DNA of 64,000 nt from a virus (lineage: Duplodnaviria; Caudoviricetes), in the IMG/VR virus record IMGVR_UViG_3300032050_000002; one strand, 5' to 3'. Made by a program: the position numbers and the translations under genes. Numbering within the stretch: the stretch's first letter is position 1; each line of letters begins with the position of its first letter. The notes under the pieces were generated by a model. That model searched no databases. It had not been told where the DNA came from and saw nothing but the letters and a program-made list of their open reading frames with translations. Positions 10,548-20,660 of the stretch are shown piece by piece.

Positions 10548-10856
10548 ATGGAAGTTAAAGAATTAGTATCTTTTTATGTTGATGAAACTTCAAATATATT
10601 GGAGGTAACATTTAGAACAATTGATGATAGTGAAGATGAAATAAGACAAGACACTATTGAAATTGAAAATTTGGAAGAATTTGAAACAGGGTTTTTATTT
10701 GAAAAAGTAAGAATAAATGAAGACCTTGATGATGAATTTGATTACGATATGTATGATGATTTAGATAATGGGATAGGATTTGATGAAGTAATTTCATTTT
10801 TAAATGAGTATTATTTAGTTTATCCTAATAGATTACCAAAACCAGAGTTATTTTAA
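10548..10856 (+). CDS. Hypothetical acidic protein
   Basis: ORF track. Confidence 0.65.
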   Translation: MEVKELVSFYVDETSNILEVTFRTIDDSEDEIRQDTIEIENLEEFETGFLFEKVRINEDLDDEFDYDMYDDLDNGIGFDEVISFLNEYYLVYPNRLPKPELF

Positions 10857-10857
10857 T

Positions 10858-11115
10858 ATGGAAAGTGATATTAACTATTTAATAAATTTAATGAAAAAAT
10901 ATACGACAACCGAAAGTAAAGGTGAGGTTGGTGAACAAGATGCTCCTGCGGGAGGTGGAGGAGCGGCAGCTGGAGGTGGAGGAACTGCAGCAGAATATCC
11001 TACAGTAACAAAATGGGAAAGCGGGGTTACAAGAGGCCCCGCAAATCAAATAGGTTTGACAAAATGGAGAGATACTGTAAAAATAAATCGAGGAAAGGCG
11101 AATACTTTACTATAA
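10858..11115 (+). CDS. Hypothetical protein with Gly/Ala linker
   Basis: ORF track; EVGEQDAPAGGGGAAAGGGG. Confidence 0.65.
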   Translation: MESDINYLINLMKKYTTTESKGEVGEQDAPAGGGGAAAGGGGTAAEYPTVTKWESGVTRGPANQIGLTKWRDTVKINRGKANTLL

Positions 11116-11148
11116 CTAGAATATTTATAAAATAAAAATAAAAATAAA

Positions 11149-12048
11149 ATGGGAAAATATAGTTTAAACGAAGGAAATGATGAGTTAATAAGAAGTATAT
11201 TATTAATGAATTATGATACAAAAAAAACATTATCTGAAAATGAACAGAAATTAAAAAATAAAAAATCAATCAATGAAATTGCACCACTTGTAATTCCGGC
11301 GATAACCATAGCAGCACCTTGGCTTTGGGCAGGTGGAGCGGCAGTAGTTGCTGGTGTTGGTGCTTGGATAAATGGTGTTTGGGGTGGGGGAGACTCATTT
11401 GCAAAAACTAAGTCGTTTTTTGAAGGGTGTAATACTGAAATTTATAAAAATTTAAAACCAACATTAGGTAAACAAGAACATAGAGTAGCGGCAGAACAAA
11501 TTTATAACGCTATTGAAGGTGTTGGTACTGATAGACCATCAATAAAATCTGCATTAGTCGGTATGTCAACAGTTTCTGACTTGTGTGCGATGTATAAGTA
11601 TTACCAACAAACTTTTGGAGATTTATTTGATGATTTAGATTCTGATATAGACGGAGAAGATTTCAAAAAATATGTTTGGACAGGAATTGCTCCCCAAATA
11701 GAAGATGCTAAAGAAGACTTAGAAAAGGCAAAATCTGAAGAAACAAATCCTGAGACTAATACCGCCAAAACCGAAAATAATATTGTTAAAAACAAATGCC
11801 CTATTGGTAATGGAACAAGAAAAGAAGTTATTGATTTCCAAACTTATGTTGTTAATACAATTAAAGATACCACAATCTTAGGAAGATATGGAGCAAATGA
11901 AGACGGAATTGATGGAGTTTGTGGTCCTAACACAAGAAGAGCTTGGGAAAAATATAAATCTGATTATGAAAATAATTCCAAAGCCCCTGCGGCTGACGAA
12001 GATGAAGACTCAATTGTTGATGATAATATGAGTGATATTGACAATTAA
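11149..12048 (+). CDS. Protein with hydrophobic segment, annexin-like repeat and peptidoglycan-binding-like domain
   Basis: AAEQIYNAIEGVGTDRPSIKSAL...YQQTFGDLFDDLDSDIDG resembles the annexin repeat; VIDFQ...DGVCGPNTRRAW resembles PG_binding_1. Confidence 0.6.
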   Translation: MGKYSLNEGNDELIRSILLMNYDTKKTLSENEQKLKNKKSINEIAPLVIPAITIAAPWLWAGGAAVVAGVGAWINGVWGGGDSFAKTKSFFEGCNTEIYKNLKPTLGKQEHRVAAEQIYNAIEGVGTDRPSIKSALVGMSTVSDLCAMYKYYQQTFGDLFDDLDSDIDGEDFKKYVWTGIAPQIEDAKEDLEKAKSEETNPETNTAKTENNIVKNKCPIGNGTRKEVIDFQTYVVNTIKDTTILGRYGANEDGIDGVCGPNTRRAWEKYKSDYENNSKAPAADEDEDSIVDDNMSDIDN

Positions 12049-12067
12049 TTATTAAAAATTAAATAAA

Positions 12068-13627
12068 ATGAAATTAAACGAGCAAGTTTCTACCCAAACA
12101 GATATAGATTTATTAAAACAGGCGGTTAGTAATAAATGTATGCCAACATGGTTAACTGATGGAAAAATTGGTAAAACCAAAAGTGGTAAAACAGTTTGGT
12201 ATGGTAAGAGTAGTAAAGGAAGTACTGTAATATTTTTCCCTCCTAAAGATGGTGTTTTAACTGCCAAAAATTTAAAAACAAAAAAAATATCAACTAAAAA
12301 ATGTGTTTTACCATCAGTAGACTCAACCGCAAATCCGGCGGAAACTCAACAAAAATTAACCGACTATCAACAAAAAAGTTTAGATAATTTAATTAAAAAT
12401 AGTAAAACATCTACAGGAGAACCTTTATATCAAATGGAAAAACCAACATTAGATATAATAAATAATTTTGAAGAGGTTAAAGTTAACACATTACCTGGTT
12501 TTGAAAAGGATAATATTCCTGAGAATATTGTTGTTTGGAAAAGAAAAGATGTTGTTAACGCTCAATCAATAGAGTCTGCGGATACCAATGAAATTATTAG
12601 AAAATTAAATCGTTATGTAAAACAAAAAAATTATAATGATAGAGCTTTTTGTGCTAACTTTATAGGTGATTATAATGAACTAAGAAAATTAAATACTAAA
12701 GTAACTGAAAAGGAACTTTTTAGTTGGAAAGATGGTATTAAAGCTTGTAATAGTAGATTTAAATTTTATTTCACGATGGGAATGACTAAAAATCAGTTAG
12801 AGAAAATTTCTAATGATAAGGGTTCTTTTGGAATACCTGATTTATTAGGTAATAAATCTGACGATGAAAATTCAGACGAAACAAATACTGAAAATTCAAC
12901 AAGAAAAGCAATGACCGAGTCCCAACAATTATTAAAAAATATTGTAAAAGAAAATTTAGAAAAAACCGCTATTAGCAAAAGAAAAAAAATAATTTCAGAA
13001 GAAAAAATTATAAATCAAAGATTTATGGTTATTGCTGAAAACGCTAAATTCAATACTAAAAAACAAAAAGAACAATTTTTCAAAAATTTATTATCAGAAA
13101 TTAATGATTTAAATAATCAAAATTATAGTAAAGAATTAATCAATGAAGGTTTTTGGGATATGTTAAAAAGTATTTTTGGATATGGGGCGGACTCAATTAT
13201 ACCATCATTTAAAGAATTTTTAGTAAAATTAATAGTTAAAAAATTAACCCCTATTGACCCTGATGGATGGTTTGGACAATTTATCAGTACTTCTATTGGT
13301 AATCTTAACATATCAGACATTAGTAAATTAACGGATTGTAAATTTTTGTCTAAGTTTTTAACTAAGAGTGTTGTAGAAACTGTTTTAGCCAAAATGCAAC
13401 CTAAAGTCGAAAACGCTGATGCCATTATTACTATAATTAGAAATGGTGTGATGGACGCTATTGATGATACGCAGTTGGCTCAAAATATTGAGAACGGAAT
13501 TGCTAGTTTTATTTGTCCGTCACTTAAAAACGTTAATACCAAAATGTCAAATTTAGTTGATAAAACAAAAGAAACTTTAATGAGCGGAACACAAAGCGCT
13601 CTACAACCTATCCAATCAAAAACATAA
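12068..13627 (+). CDS. Large hypothetical protein with multiple (I/L)xE sites
   Basis: ORF track; LNEQ, ISEE, LINEG. Confidence 0.7.
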   Translation: MKLNEQVSTQTDIDLLKQAVSNKCMPTWLTDGKIGKTKSGKTVWYGKSSKGSTVIFFPPKDGVLTAKNLKTKKISTKKCVLPSVDSTANPAETQQKLTDYQQKSLDNLIKNSKTSTGEPLYQMEKPTLDIINNFEEVKVNTLPGFEKDNIPENIVVWKRKDVVNAQSIESADTNEIIRKLNRYVKQKNYNDRAFCANFIGDYNELRKLNTKVTEKELFSWKDGIKACNSRFKFYFTMGMTKNQLEKISNDKGSFGIPDLLGNKSDDENSDETNTENSTRKAMTESQQLLKNIVKENLEKTAISKRKKIISEEKIINQRFMVIAENAKFNTKKQKEQFFKNLLSEINDLNNQNYSKELINEGFWDMLKSIFGYGADSIIPSFKEFLVKLIVKKLTPIDPDGWFGQFISTSIGNLNISDISKLTDCKFLSKFLTKSVVETVLAKMQPKVENADAIITIIRNGVMDAIDDTQLAQNIENGIASFICPSLKNVNTKMSNLVDKTKETLMSGTQSALQPIQSKT

Positions 13628-13677
13628 ATATAGATTGGAATAAACCGTTAAAAAGAAAGGGGGGGTTTAAATCTACT

Positions 13678-13704
13678 AAAAGGGTGTCGAGAGACACCTT
13701 TTTG
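13678..13704. terminator. Intrinsic terminator
   Basis: AAAAGGGTGTC-GAGA-GACACCTTTTT. Confidence 0.8.
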
Positions 13705-13727
13705 GTTTTTATAATATATCTATAAAA

Positions 13728-14339
13728 TTATATATTTAAACCCCAAACAGACCTAGTGCCTTTAGTTTTTAACTCAATATAGTCAGTAATTTTAAAATCT
13801 GTCAATTCATTAAGACATTTTTTGTTATAAACGTCTATCATAGATTTAATACATGGTGAACCATGTTTAATAAAAGGATGGAAATCAAGATATCTTTTTT
13901 TGGATATTAACATACAGTAAGGATGTATGTACTCATAAATAAACGAATTTTTATCTCTATCAGGTTTTTGATTAAATTCATGTCCAGTACTATCCATAAT
14001 AATTTTTTTACCCACAGAATACCCCTTAAAAACTTTAAACATTTCGTAAACTAACGGTTTTTTTAAAGTAACATCACTATCAATAATCAATAAATAATTA
14101 AATTGTGATGTTCTAATCCCATAATCCATACCAGGTCCATGATGAATATTATAACCAAATCTTTTTACGTTAAAATTAGTATCACTTTCTTCCAAATCTT
14201 TAAAATAAATTTCCCCATTATCACTACCATCTATAACAGTATATTTTGTATTAGGATAAAATTCTCTAACGGTGGAGTATTGTTTATAAATTAACTCCGG
14301 TGTTTTATAATGAACGGTTAAAATTTCAAAATCTTCCAT
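13728..14339 (-). CDS. Glycosyltransferase family 2-like protein
   Basis: ILTVHYKTP, VIDGSD, HHGPGMD, LIIDSDV (DxD). Confidence 0.75.
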   Translation of the reverse strand: MEDFEILTVHYKTPELIYKQYSTVREFYPNTKYTVIDGSDNGEIYFKDLEESDTNFNVKRFGYNIHHGPGMDYGIRTSQFNYLLIIDSDVTLKKPLVYEMFKVFKGYSVGKKIIMDSTGHEFNQKPDRDKNSFIYEYIHPYCMLISKKRYLDFHPFIKHGSPCIKSMIDVYNKKCLNELTDFKITDYIELKTKGTRSVWGLNI

Positions 14340-14923
14340 TAGTTGTGTACAAATAATACTTTATCAATTTTATAAATTGATGGTCTAGTTTTTAAAATTT
14401 CTTCAAAATAAAACCAATCGGCGGCAAATTCAGTAGAATTAAAACCAATATTTTTTGCAACTTTTGTTTTAATTACCGCAGAACCAATATCAATCCATCC
14501 TCTATTTAGTTTCGCATCTAAAAAACCATAATCCGTTTTATTATTGTTATTGATTGTTTTATGAGAATGTACACAATTAAAATAAATAAAATCTTCATTT
14601 CTTGAAAGAACTTCATTTACCATATTTGGGGTATAATAATTATCCCCATTAGTTATTAAAACATATTCGTTATTTACCAAATTCTCTAATCCCCACCCTC
14701 TTAAAATATGACCATATTTTTGAGTTCTATTAGGGTACTCAATAAAAACAATTTTTTCATCTATTAAATAATTATTTTTAGTTAAATCATTTTTTAGCTT
14801 TTCATTAAGTCCGTCATGTATTATAAAAAGTCTCCATCTATTATCTGTTTGAGATTTAATAGAATTAATGAAACATTTTAAATTTTCATCTTGACCGTAG
14901 GTTACAGTAATAATATCTATCAT
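14339..14923 (-). CDS. Glycosyltransferase family 2
   Basis: IITVTY, IIHDG, YGHILR, ITNGDNYY, IDIGSAV, AADW. Confidence 0.8.
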   Translation of the reverse strand: MIDIITVTYGQDENLKCFINSIKSQTDNRWRLFIIHDGLNEKLKNDLTKNNYLIDEKIVFIEYPNRTQKYGHILRGWGLENLVNNEYVLITNGDNYYTPNMVNEVLSRNEDFIYFNCVHSHKTINNNNKTDYGFLDAKLNRGWIDIGSAVIKTKVAKNIGFNSTEFAADWFYFEEILKTRPSIYKIDKVLFVHN

Positions 14924-14984
14924 TATTTTTTTATTTATTATAACAATAATAACATCTATATTATATATATAAATAAAGTATCTT

Positions 14985-17468
14985 ATGAGTAGTAATAAAA
15001 TTATAAATTCTAAATGTGTTGAATTTGGATATGAATTAATATCAGTATTACCTTATGCTTATAAATTATATAAAGAAGGTAATTTATCAGAAACAATATC
15101 GGGGTTTGACACAAAATGCTTGTATTTTTTTAGTCCAAAGCACACAGAAATAAATGAAAAAAGGAGTTGGGATAATGTTTTAAAATTAAAAAATGAAAAA
15201 TTCCCAAATATTAATATTCATAGAAATGAATTAGATTGGGAATACTTTTCTCCTCCACCGTTAAAAGAATTTTATAAAGATAAAAGTATTAAATTTGAAA
15301 AAGAAACTATTGTTATTTTTAATAGGTATAATAACGAATGGGGAGAAAAACCAATTAATTATTTAGATTTAAATACGTTAGATAAATTATTTTCAATGTT
15401 GAATGAAAATTACCAAATAGTTTATTTAAACTTAAATCACGATAAAAGATATTTTGACCATTTTGAACCTTTAGAATTTAATGACTTTAAAATTATAGAA
15501 AAATACCCTTCAATATTAACTTTTAATAAGTTACAGTCATTATATCCCGACTTAACAATTAACGAAATACAATTAAAAATATTTGCTAATTGCGAAAAAT
15601 ACATCTCATCTAATGGCGGACAATTAATATTGTCGGCATATTTTGGAGGGGAAAATATTATTTTTTCAAAAAAATGTAATGAGTTAAATCCTGAAGTTAA
15701 TTCATTTTTTAAATGGTATCACAAATTTAATGATGGAATATTTCACCATGTTGATAATTATGATAATTTAACTGAATTAGTTAAACAGAAATGGGTGGAT
15801 AAAAAACCATTGATTAATATTTTAGTTAGAACATCTGAAAGACCTTTATTTTTTAAAGATTGTATTAAGTCAATTGAAGGTCAAACTTATAAAAATATTA
15901 ACATAATAGCATCTACAGACACTAAAAATACTAAAGATTATGTATTAAAAGAAAGATGTAGACAAATAGAGTGTGATTATATCAATTTAAAGGAGTATGA
16001 AAAACCAAGCGATATAGGTCAGGATTATGGTGTGTTTTTTAAACCAAATCTTTACATGAATGATTTACAAAACGAAGTAAAAAAAGGATATATTATGTAT
16101 TTGGATGATGACGATGTATTTGAAGATACTAAAAGTCTAATGAACATTGTTAATCAAATAAAAACCGAAAAAGATTTGCTTTTTTGGAAAGTAAAATTTA
16201 ATCATACAGTAATACCTTCAGATAAATTTTTTGGTAAAGAACCTGTATTTAGTCAAGTTGATACTATGGGGTTTATGTTTCCTAATGGTTATAAACAAAA
16301 TTGGGAGCCGTTTACAAATGGGGATTATAGAATTTCAAAAAAATTATATAATACAGTTCCAAATAAAATATATATTAATGAAATATTAACCAAAACTTAT
16401 AGAAACGTTAAAAAAGGAAGAGGTTTACGGGACGATAAGACTTTAAAAAATATATCGATAATAATACCGACTTATAACAACGTAGAATTTTTACCTGATT
16501 GTTTTAATTCAATATTAAAATCTATTAAAGATTTAGATTGTGAAGTATTAATTGGAATTGATTCTTGTAAAAAAACAATGGATTATATTAAAAAAAATAA
16601 ATTTGATAGACGATTTAAATTTTACTTTTTTGAAAAAAACTTAGGGCCTTATGTTATAAAAAACACTTTAGTATCAATCGCGTCATCAAGTAAAATATTA
16701 TTTTTTGATTCGGATGATGTTATGTTAGAACATATGATACCTGAAATTATAGATAGTTTAGATAATTTTAAAATGTATAAACCAATGTATTTTGATTTTA
16801 AAAACGAAAATGAAATCAAAAATATTAATACTAATATTAAGACAAACAAATTAGGTGAAGGTGTTTTTGCAATTAATAAAGAAATTTTTTTAGATTTTAA
16901 TGGTTTTGAAGGGTGGAGATGCGCGGCGGATTCCGATTTTATGGCCAGATTTTACAAAAAAAATATTAAATTTTATGTTGGTAAAACAATTTCTTTCTTG
17001 AGGAGAATTCATCCCAATAGTCTAACAGTCCACCCAGAAACAAACTTATCTTCAAAATTAAGAGCTTATTATTATGGTTTAAGTAAAAAAAACAGAACCA
17101 AACATTCTTGTGATATGTTTATCACATCTCCATATATTGAAACGGATATTAATGAATTAAACAATAAAAATAATGAGTTTGAGGAGTATCGTAATAAATC
17201 CAGAAATTTAGTTAACAACATTGTTGGTAATACCCACACAAGAACGGAGATTAATTATGACAAAATAAATGAAGTAATTTCAAAAAAAGGGGTTTATGAT
17301 GTTAAGTCGTCAATCAAACCTATTAGAGAAAATACTCCTAAAAATAGGAACGAATTAATTGAAAAGAAAAAAGGAATTAATTCTGAATTATTAAAAATAA
17401 TACTACCAGACAAACCTGAAAGAAGAAAAAATTTACCTAATATACAGTCAAATAAAAAAAAATTTTAA
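14985..17468 (+). CDS. Multidomain glycosyltransferase (N-terminal GT-like domain plus two GT2 domains)
   Basis: LINILVRTS...MYLDDDD; ISIIIPTYNN...GPYVIKN...FFDSDD...AADSDF. Confidence 0.8.
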   Translation: MSSNKIINSKCVEFGYELISVLPYAYKLYKEGNLSETISGFDTKCLYFFSPKHTEINEKRSWDNVLKLKNEKFPNINIHRNELDWEYFSPPPLKEFYKDKSIKFEKETIVIFNRYNNEWGEKPINYLDLNTLDKLFSMLNENYQIVYLNLNHDKRYFDHFEPLEFNDFKIIEKYPSILTFNKLQSLYPDLTINEIQLKIFANCEKYISSNGGQLILSAYFGGENIIFSKKCNELNPEVNSFFKWYHKFNDGIFHHVDNYDNLTELVKQKWVDKKPLINILVRTSERPLFFKDCIKSIEGQTYKNINIIASTDTKNTKDYVLKERCRQIECDYINLKEYEKPSDIGQDYGVFFKPNLYMNDLQNEVKKGYIMYLDDDDVFEDTKSLMNIVNQIKTEKDLLFWKVKFNHTVIPSDKFFGKEPVFSQVDTMGFMFPNGYKQNWEPFTNGDYRISKKLYNTVPNKIYINEILTKTYRNVKKGRGLRDDKTLKNISIIIPTYNNVEFLPDCFNSILKSIKDLDCEVLIGIDSCKKTMDYIKKNKFDRRFKFYFFEKNLGPYVIKNTLVSIASSSKILFFDSDDVMLEHMIPEIIDSLDNFKMYKPMYFDFKNENEIKNINTNIKTNKLGEGVFAINKEIFLDFNGFEGWRCAADSDFMARFYKKNIKFYVGKTISFLRRIHPNSLTVHPETNLSSKLRAYYYGLSKKNRTKHSCDMFITSPYIETDINELNNKNNEFEEYRNKSRNLVNNIVGNTHTRTEINYDKINEVISKKGVYDVKSSIKPIRENTPKNRNELIEKKKGINSELLKIILPDKPERRKNLPNIQSNKKKF

Positions 17469-17542
17469 ATAAACAAAAATTTTAACATATTTTTTATATA
17501 TATTTTTTTTGGTTATTATAATTAAATATGTATCTTTGTAGT

Positions 17543-18166
17543 ATGAAAACATTAATCAAAACCGCAATAGTGGCTTCTGTACTACTAACATCTTGCGTAA
17601 ACAAGAATACAGAAAAATCTCAAATTGAACTCGCTAATCAAGAAACAAGTGTTCACGTTTGTAATCATTATGAACACCCTATTAATAATAATGGTCAGAA
17701 ATATTATGACCCAAATAAAACTATCATAATCAGAGGATTAGGTTATGTTAGTCAATCTGACTTAGAATACGCGTCAAAAGTTATAAATGAGTTTTATGGT
17801 TATAAATGTGTTATTTCAGAAAATTTAGAAATATCTAACGAACTATATCTTAATGGTAATCAGTCTGTTATTGAAAGTCATGAGGTTATGGTTAAATATA
17901 ATAACCTTAACACAAGAACTATATTTTTAACCAATAAAAACTTATATCGAGGAACATTAGAACTTAGGGGTTATACAACCACTTACGGTAAGGCGGTTGT
18001 TGTTAAAAGTGATAAATCTTATATGAAAGAGACTTTAATACATGAACTTGGACATACTTTAGGTTTACATCACTGTAATAACTTAACTTGTATCATGGCT
18101 ATTTATAATGACCAATACGATAGTGGTGATTTTTGTAATAAATGTAAAAACTTTTTAAATAAATAA
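17543..18166 (+). CDS. Lipoprotein, archaemetzincin-like Zn metalloprotease
   Basis: Lipobox LLTS/C; HELGHTLGLHHCNNLTCIM...FCNKC. Confidence 0.8.
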   Translation: MKTLIKTAIVASVLLTSCVNKNTEKSQIELANQETSVHVCNHYEHPINNNGQKYYDPNKTIIIRGLGYVSQSDLEYASKVINEFYGYKCVISENLEISNELYLNGNQSVIESHEVMVKYNNLNTRTIFLTNKNLYRGTLELRGYTTTYGKAVVVKSDKSYMKETLIHELGHTLGLHHCNNLTCIMAIYNDQYDSGDFCNKCKNFLNK

Positions 18167-18167
18167 T

Positions 18168-18431
18168 ATGGCATACGTATCAGTTGATGTAGAAGTAGAT
18201 GTTGATGCAGGTGAATACTTATCATCTTGTAGTCCAAAAGAAATAAAACAATTAATTAAGTATCTTAAAGAAGACGGTCATTTAGCAAATATTATAGATA
18301 TTTTTCCTGGTCAACACCTATCTTTCTTTGATGAAGAATGGTTTAAAATGTTGGATAAAATGTCCAAAATCAGACAACAAATGGATTCTACTGATATTCA
18401 GACAATTAAAGATATTTTGAACAAATATTAA
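18168..18431 (+). CDS. Hypothetical protein
   Basis: ORF track. Confidence 0.6.
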   Translation: MAYVSVDVEVDVDAGEYLSSCSPKEIKQLIKYLKEDGHLANIIDIFPGQHLSFFDEEWFKMLDKMSKIRQQMDSTDIQTIKDILNKY

Positions 18432-18473
18432 AATAAATTTGGCGGATTAATAAAAACTTCATACCTTTGTATT

Positions 18474-19091
18474 ATGAAAACAAATAAATATAAAACAGCG
18501 TTACTTACGGGAGCAATGGTATTACTATCTTCTGTTAGTGTTTCAGCAACCCCTGACAATCAACCCGAACCCCCTAAAAAAGGAACAAAATTACAAGCAA
18601 TTGTAATCAATGGAGATACCTTACCTGTGGTTAATTTAAGTATGGTAACTATCCAAACTGATATGGTTTTTGCCACAAGAAGACAAAGAGAACAATGGGA
18701 TGTGGTTAAATTCAATGTAAGAAAAGTGTACCCATACGCAATATTAGCATCGGCAAAACTAAAAGAATATGAGGTTGCGTTAAGTAAAATACAAGACGAA
18801 GATGACCGTGATGACTATATGAAATACGCCGAAGACCAATTACAAAAACAATTCGGAGAAGAATTAAAAAAATTGTCGATGAAACAAGGTAAAATATTAA
18901 TCAAATTGATTGATAGACAGACTGGTAATACGTCTTATGAACTTGTTAAAAAACTTAGAGGTAGATTCTCAGCCTTTATGTGGCAAGGTGTGGCAAGACT
19001 TTTTGGGTCAAACTTAAAATCTGAGTATGATGCGAATGGTGATGATAAATTAATAGAACTTGCCATAAGACAAATCGAATCAGGAAATTAA
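18474..19091 (+). CDS. DUF4294 family protein (Bacteroidota-type, signal peptide)
   Basis: GDTLPVVNL...VRKVYPYA...QGKILIKLIDRQTGNTSYELVKKLRG pattern recalled for DUF4294. Confidence 0.75.
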   Translation: MKTNKYKTALLTGAMVLLSSVSVSATPDNQPEPPKKGTKLQAIVINGDTLPVVNLSMVTIQTDMVFATRRQREQWDVVKFNVRKVYPYAILASAKLKEYEVALSKIQDEDDRDDYMKYAEDQLQKQFGEELKKLSMKQGKILIKLIDRQTGNTSYELVKKLRGRFSAFMWQGVARLFGSNLKSEYDANGDDKLIELAIRQIESGN

Positions 19092-19127
19092 TTTGGTGGA
19101 TTAAAAAACATTTTGTATCTTTGTATT

Positions 19128-19328
19128 ATGAAAATAACATTAAACATACCCGATGGAGTTTTAGATAGACTTAAAGAATTAGGAATTACTGACGAAACTA
19201 CACAAGAAGAAATGGTAATTGATTTTATTAATGACACTTTAGACTCTCATTACTTCAATGGAATATCCGATAAATTTAAAAAATGGACATTAAAAAAGGA
19301 TAATATTGAACATTATTTAGAAAAGTAA
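19128..19328 (+). CDS. Hypothetical early protein
   Basis: Start reassigned to the ATG after the -7 element. Confidence 0.6.
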   Translation: MKITLNIPDGVLDRLKELGITDETTQEEMVIDFINDTLDSHYFNGISDKFKKWTLKKDNIEHYLEK

Positions 19329-19840
19329 AAATAAATTTGGCAGATTAGAAAACAATTAGTATCTTTGTATTATAAATAAAAACAATAACAATAACAATAT
19401 GACCACACTAAATAAAATCACAAGAATTACAGAGTTAAAGAAAGAAATGAAAACCCTTAAAAAGGGACTCAAAGAAGAAATGATTGATTTTGTAATTAAA
19501 AGTTTCAAGAATAAAGGATTTACTGTTGACCCAAGAAAAGGATATGAGGAAAGAAGTTTATATAATCCAACATTAAAAGTTTCTGTTCGGATTGTAGGTC
19601 TTAACGAAGTATCAGTTTCAATTAGTGCTCATTTAATGAAAAATGATGGTATGAATTGGGACGATAGACAAAAAATCCATAGTGAAGTTAATTGGAACTT
19701 TACCAAAAAAACTTTTGATAAGTATTACGATACAACTTTCAAATCAAAAGTTGAGAGAATTAAAGAATTTATCTAAAAATAAATTTGGCAGATTAGAAAA
19801 CAATTAGTATCTTTGTATTATAAATAAAAACAATAACAAT
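19326..19840 (+). repeat. 67-bp identical direct repeat (19326-19392 and 19774-19840) carrying a full promoter and leader
   Basis: TAAAAATAAATTTGGCAGATTAGAAAACAATTAGTATCTTTGTATTATAAATAAAAACAATAACAAT in both places. Confidence 0.9.
19399..19776 (+). CDS. Hypothetical early protein
   Basis: ORF track; preceded by repeated promoter cassette. Confidence 0.65.
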   Translation: MTTLNKITRITELKKEMKTLKKGLKEEMIDFVIKSFKNKGFTVDPRKGYEERSLYNPTLKVSVRIVGLNEVSVSISAHLMKNDGMNWDDRQKIHSEVNWNFTKKTFDKYYDTTFKSKVERIKEFI

Positions 19841-20173
19841 ATGACAAAATTAACACAAGAAATCATCGAAAAAATTGAAGACACGACATTAAGAATCCAA
19901 GCGTCTCATAGAGGTGGTGGAGTTGAGATAAGTTTATCAGAATGGGGTTACCCTGGTGAAAAAATGACCGCCTATCAAAACTATTTAGGTGGAGGAATGT
20001 TAGGTAGAATTGGAAATGATTGTACGATTCGTAATTGGAGTGGTGATGATACATTAGTAGAAATTGCGGATAACTTAGCAAGATACTTCCACAACATTAC
20101 AAATCATGAGGACGATGAGTGGGAAAGTGCAACATTTGAACAGAATCAAAATAGACCAACAAGAGCATATTAA
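19841..20173 (+). CDS. Hypothetical early protein
   Basis: ORF track; preceded by repeated promoter cassette. Confidence 0.65.
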   Translation: MTKLTQEIIEKIEDTTLRIQASHRGGGVEISLSEWGYPGEKMTAYQNYLGGGMLGRIGNDCTIRNWSGDDTLVEIADNLARYFHNITNHEDDEWESATFEQNQNRPTRAY

Positions 20174-20174
20174 T

Positions 20175-20459
20175 ATGAAAAATAAAACATTGACATTCGA
20201 GGATTTAGAGTTTAAATCTCACGGAAATATTGGTGGAGCAACTCACGCAAAAATGATTTTTGAAAATGGTCATAAGATTTCAGTAGTAGGTGGTGGAATG
20301 GGGTTGTACGGTGATGGGGTAAATACTTTTGAAATATGGAGAAGTTGTGACGAAGACATTAAAGGTCATCTAACCAAAGAAGAGGTTACAGAACAAATGA
20401 TTGAGTTACAGGGTTTACTTTCGGGACATAATCATAGTGATTTAGGTTATCAAGGATAA
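20175..20459 (+). CDS. Hypothetical protein
   Basis: Start reassigned to MKNKTLTFEDL just after the upstream stop. Confidence 0.6.
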   Translation: MKNKTLTFEDLEFKSHGNIGGATHAKMIFENGHKISVVGGGMGLYGDGVNTFEIWRSCDEDIKGHLTKEEVTEQMIELQGLLSGHNHSDLGYQG

Positions 20460-20465
20460 TAAAAA

Positions 20466-20570
20466 AGGTTGATTGGGGAAAACTGCTCATGCGGGAGAGG
20501 GGACTGAATGAAGTCAAAGTAATGCCAATCGTAAAAGTAGATGTCCACTCACCCATCTTCTACTTTCCTA
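20466..20570 (+). ncRNA. Unclassified structured RNA candidate immediately upstream of tRNA-Cys
   Basis: GATTGG(20471-76)/CCAATC(20525-30) closing two small hairpins, then AAAGTAG(20534-40)/CTACTTT(20560-66); GC-rich relative to the genome. Confidence 0.55.
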
Positions 20571-20575
20571 ATTTT

Positions 20576-20646
20576 GTTCCGATGTCCGATTGGTTAGGAG
20601 AAGGTCTGCAAAACCTTTTAAGTAAGTTCGATTCTTACTCGGAACT
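20576..20646 (+). tRNA. tRNA-Cys (GCA)
   Basis: GTTCCGA/TCGGAAC acceptor, AAGGT-CTGCAAA-ACCTT anticodon arm, TTCGATT T-loop, U discriminator; no encoded CCA. Confidence 0.92.
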
Positions 20647-20660
20647 CAAAAAATAAAAAC

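Noticed and set aside
13631-13675. Extra hairpin (TAGATT/AATCTA with TAAACC/GGTTTA) before the terminator
   Set aside because: AT-rich and short; could be a simple 3' stabiliser. Not enough support to call an RNA gene.
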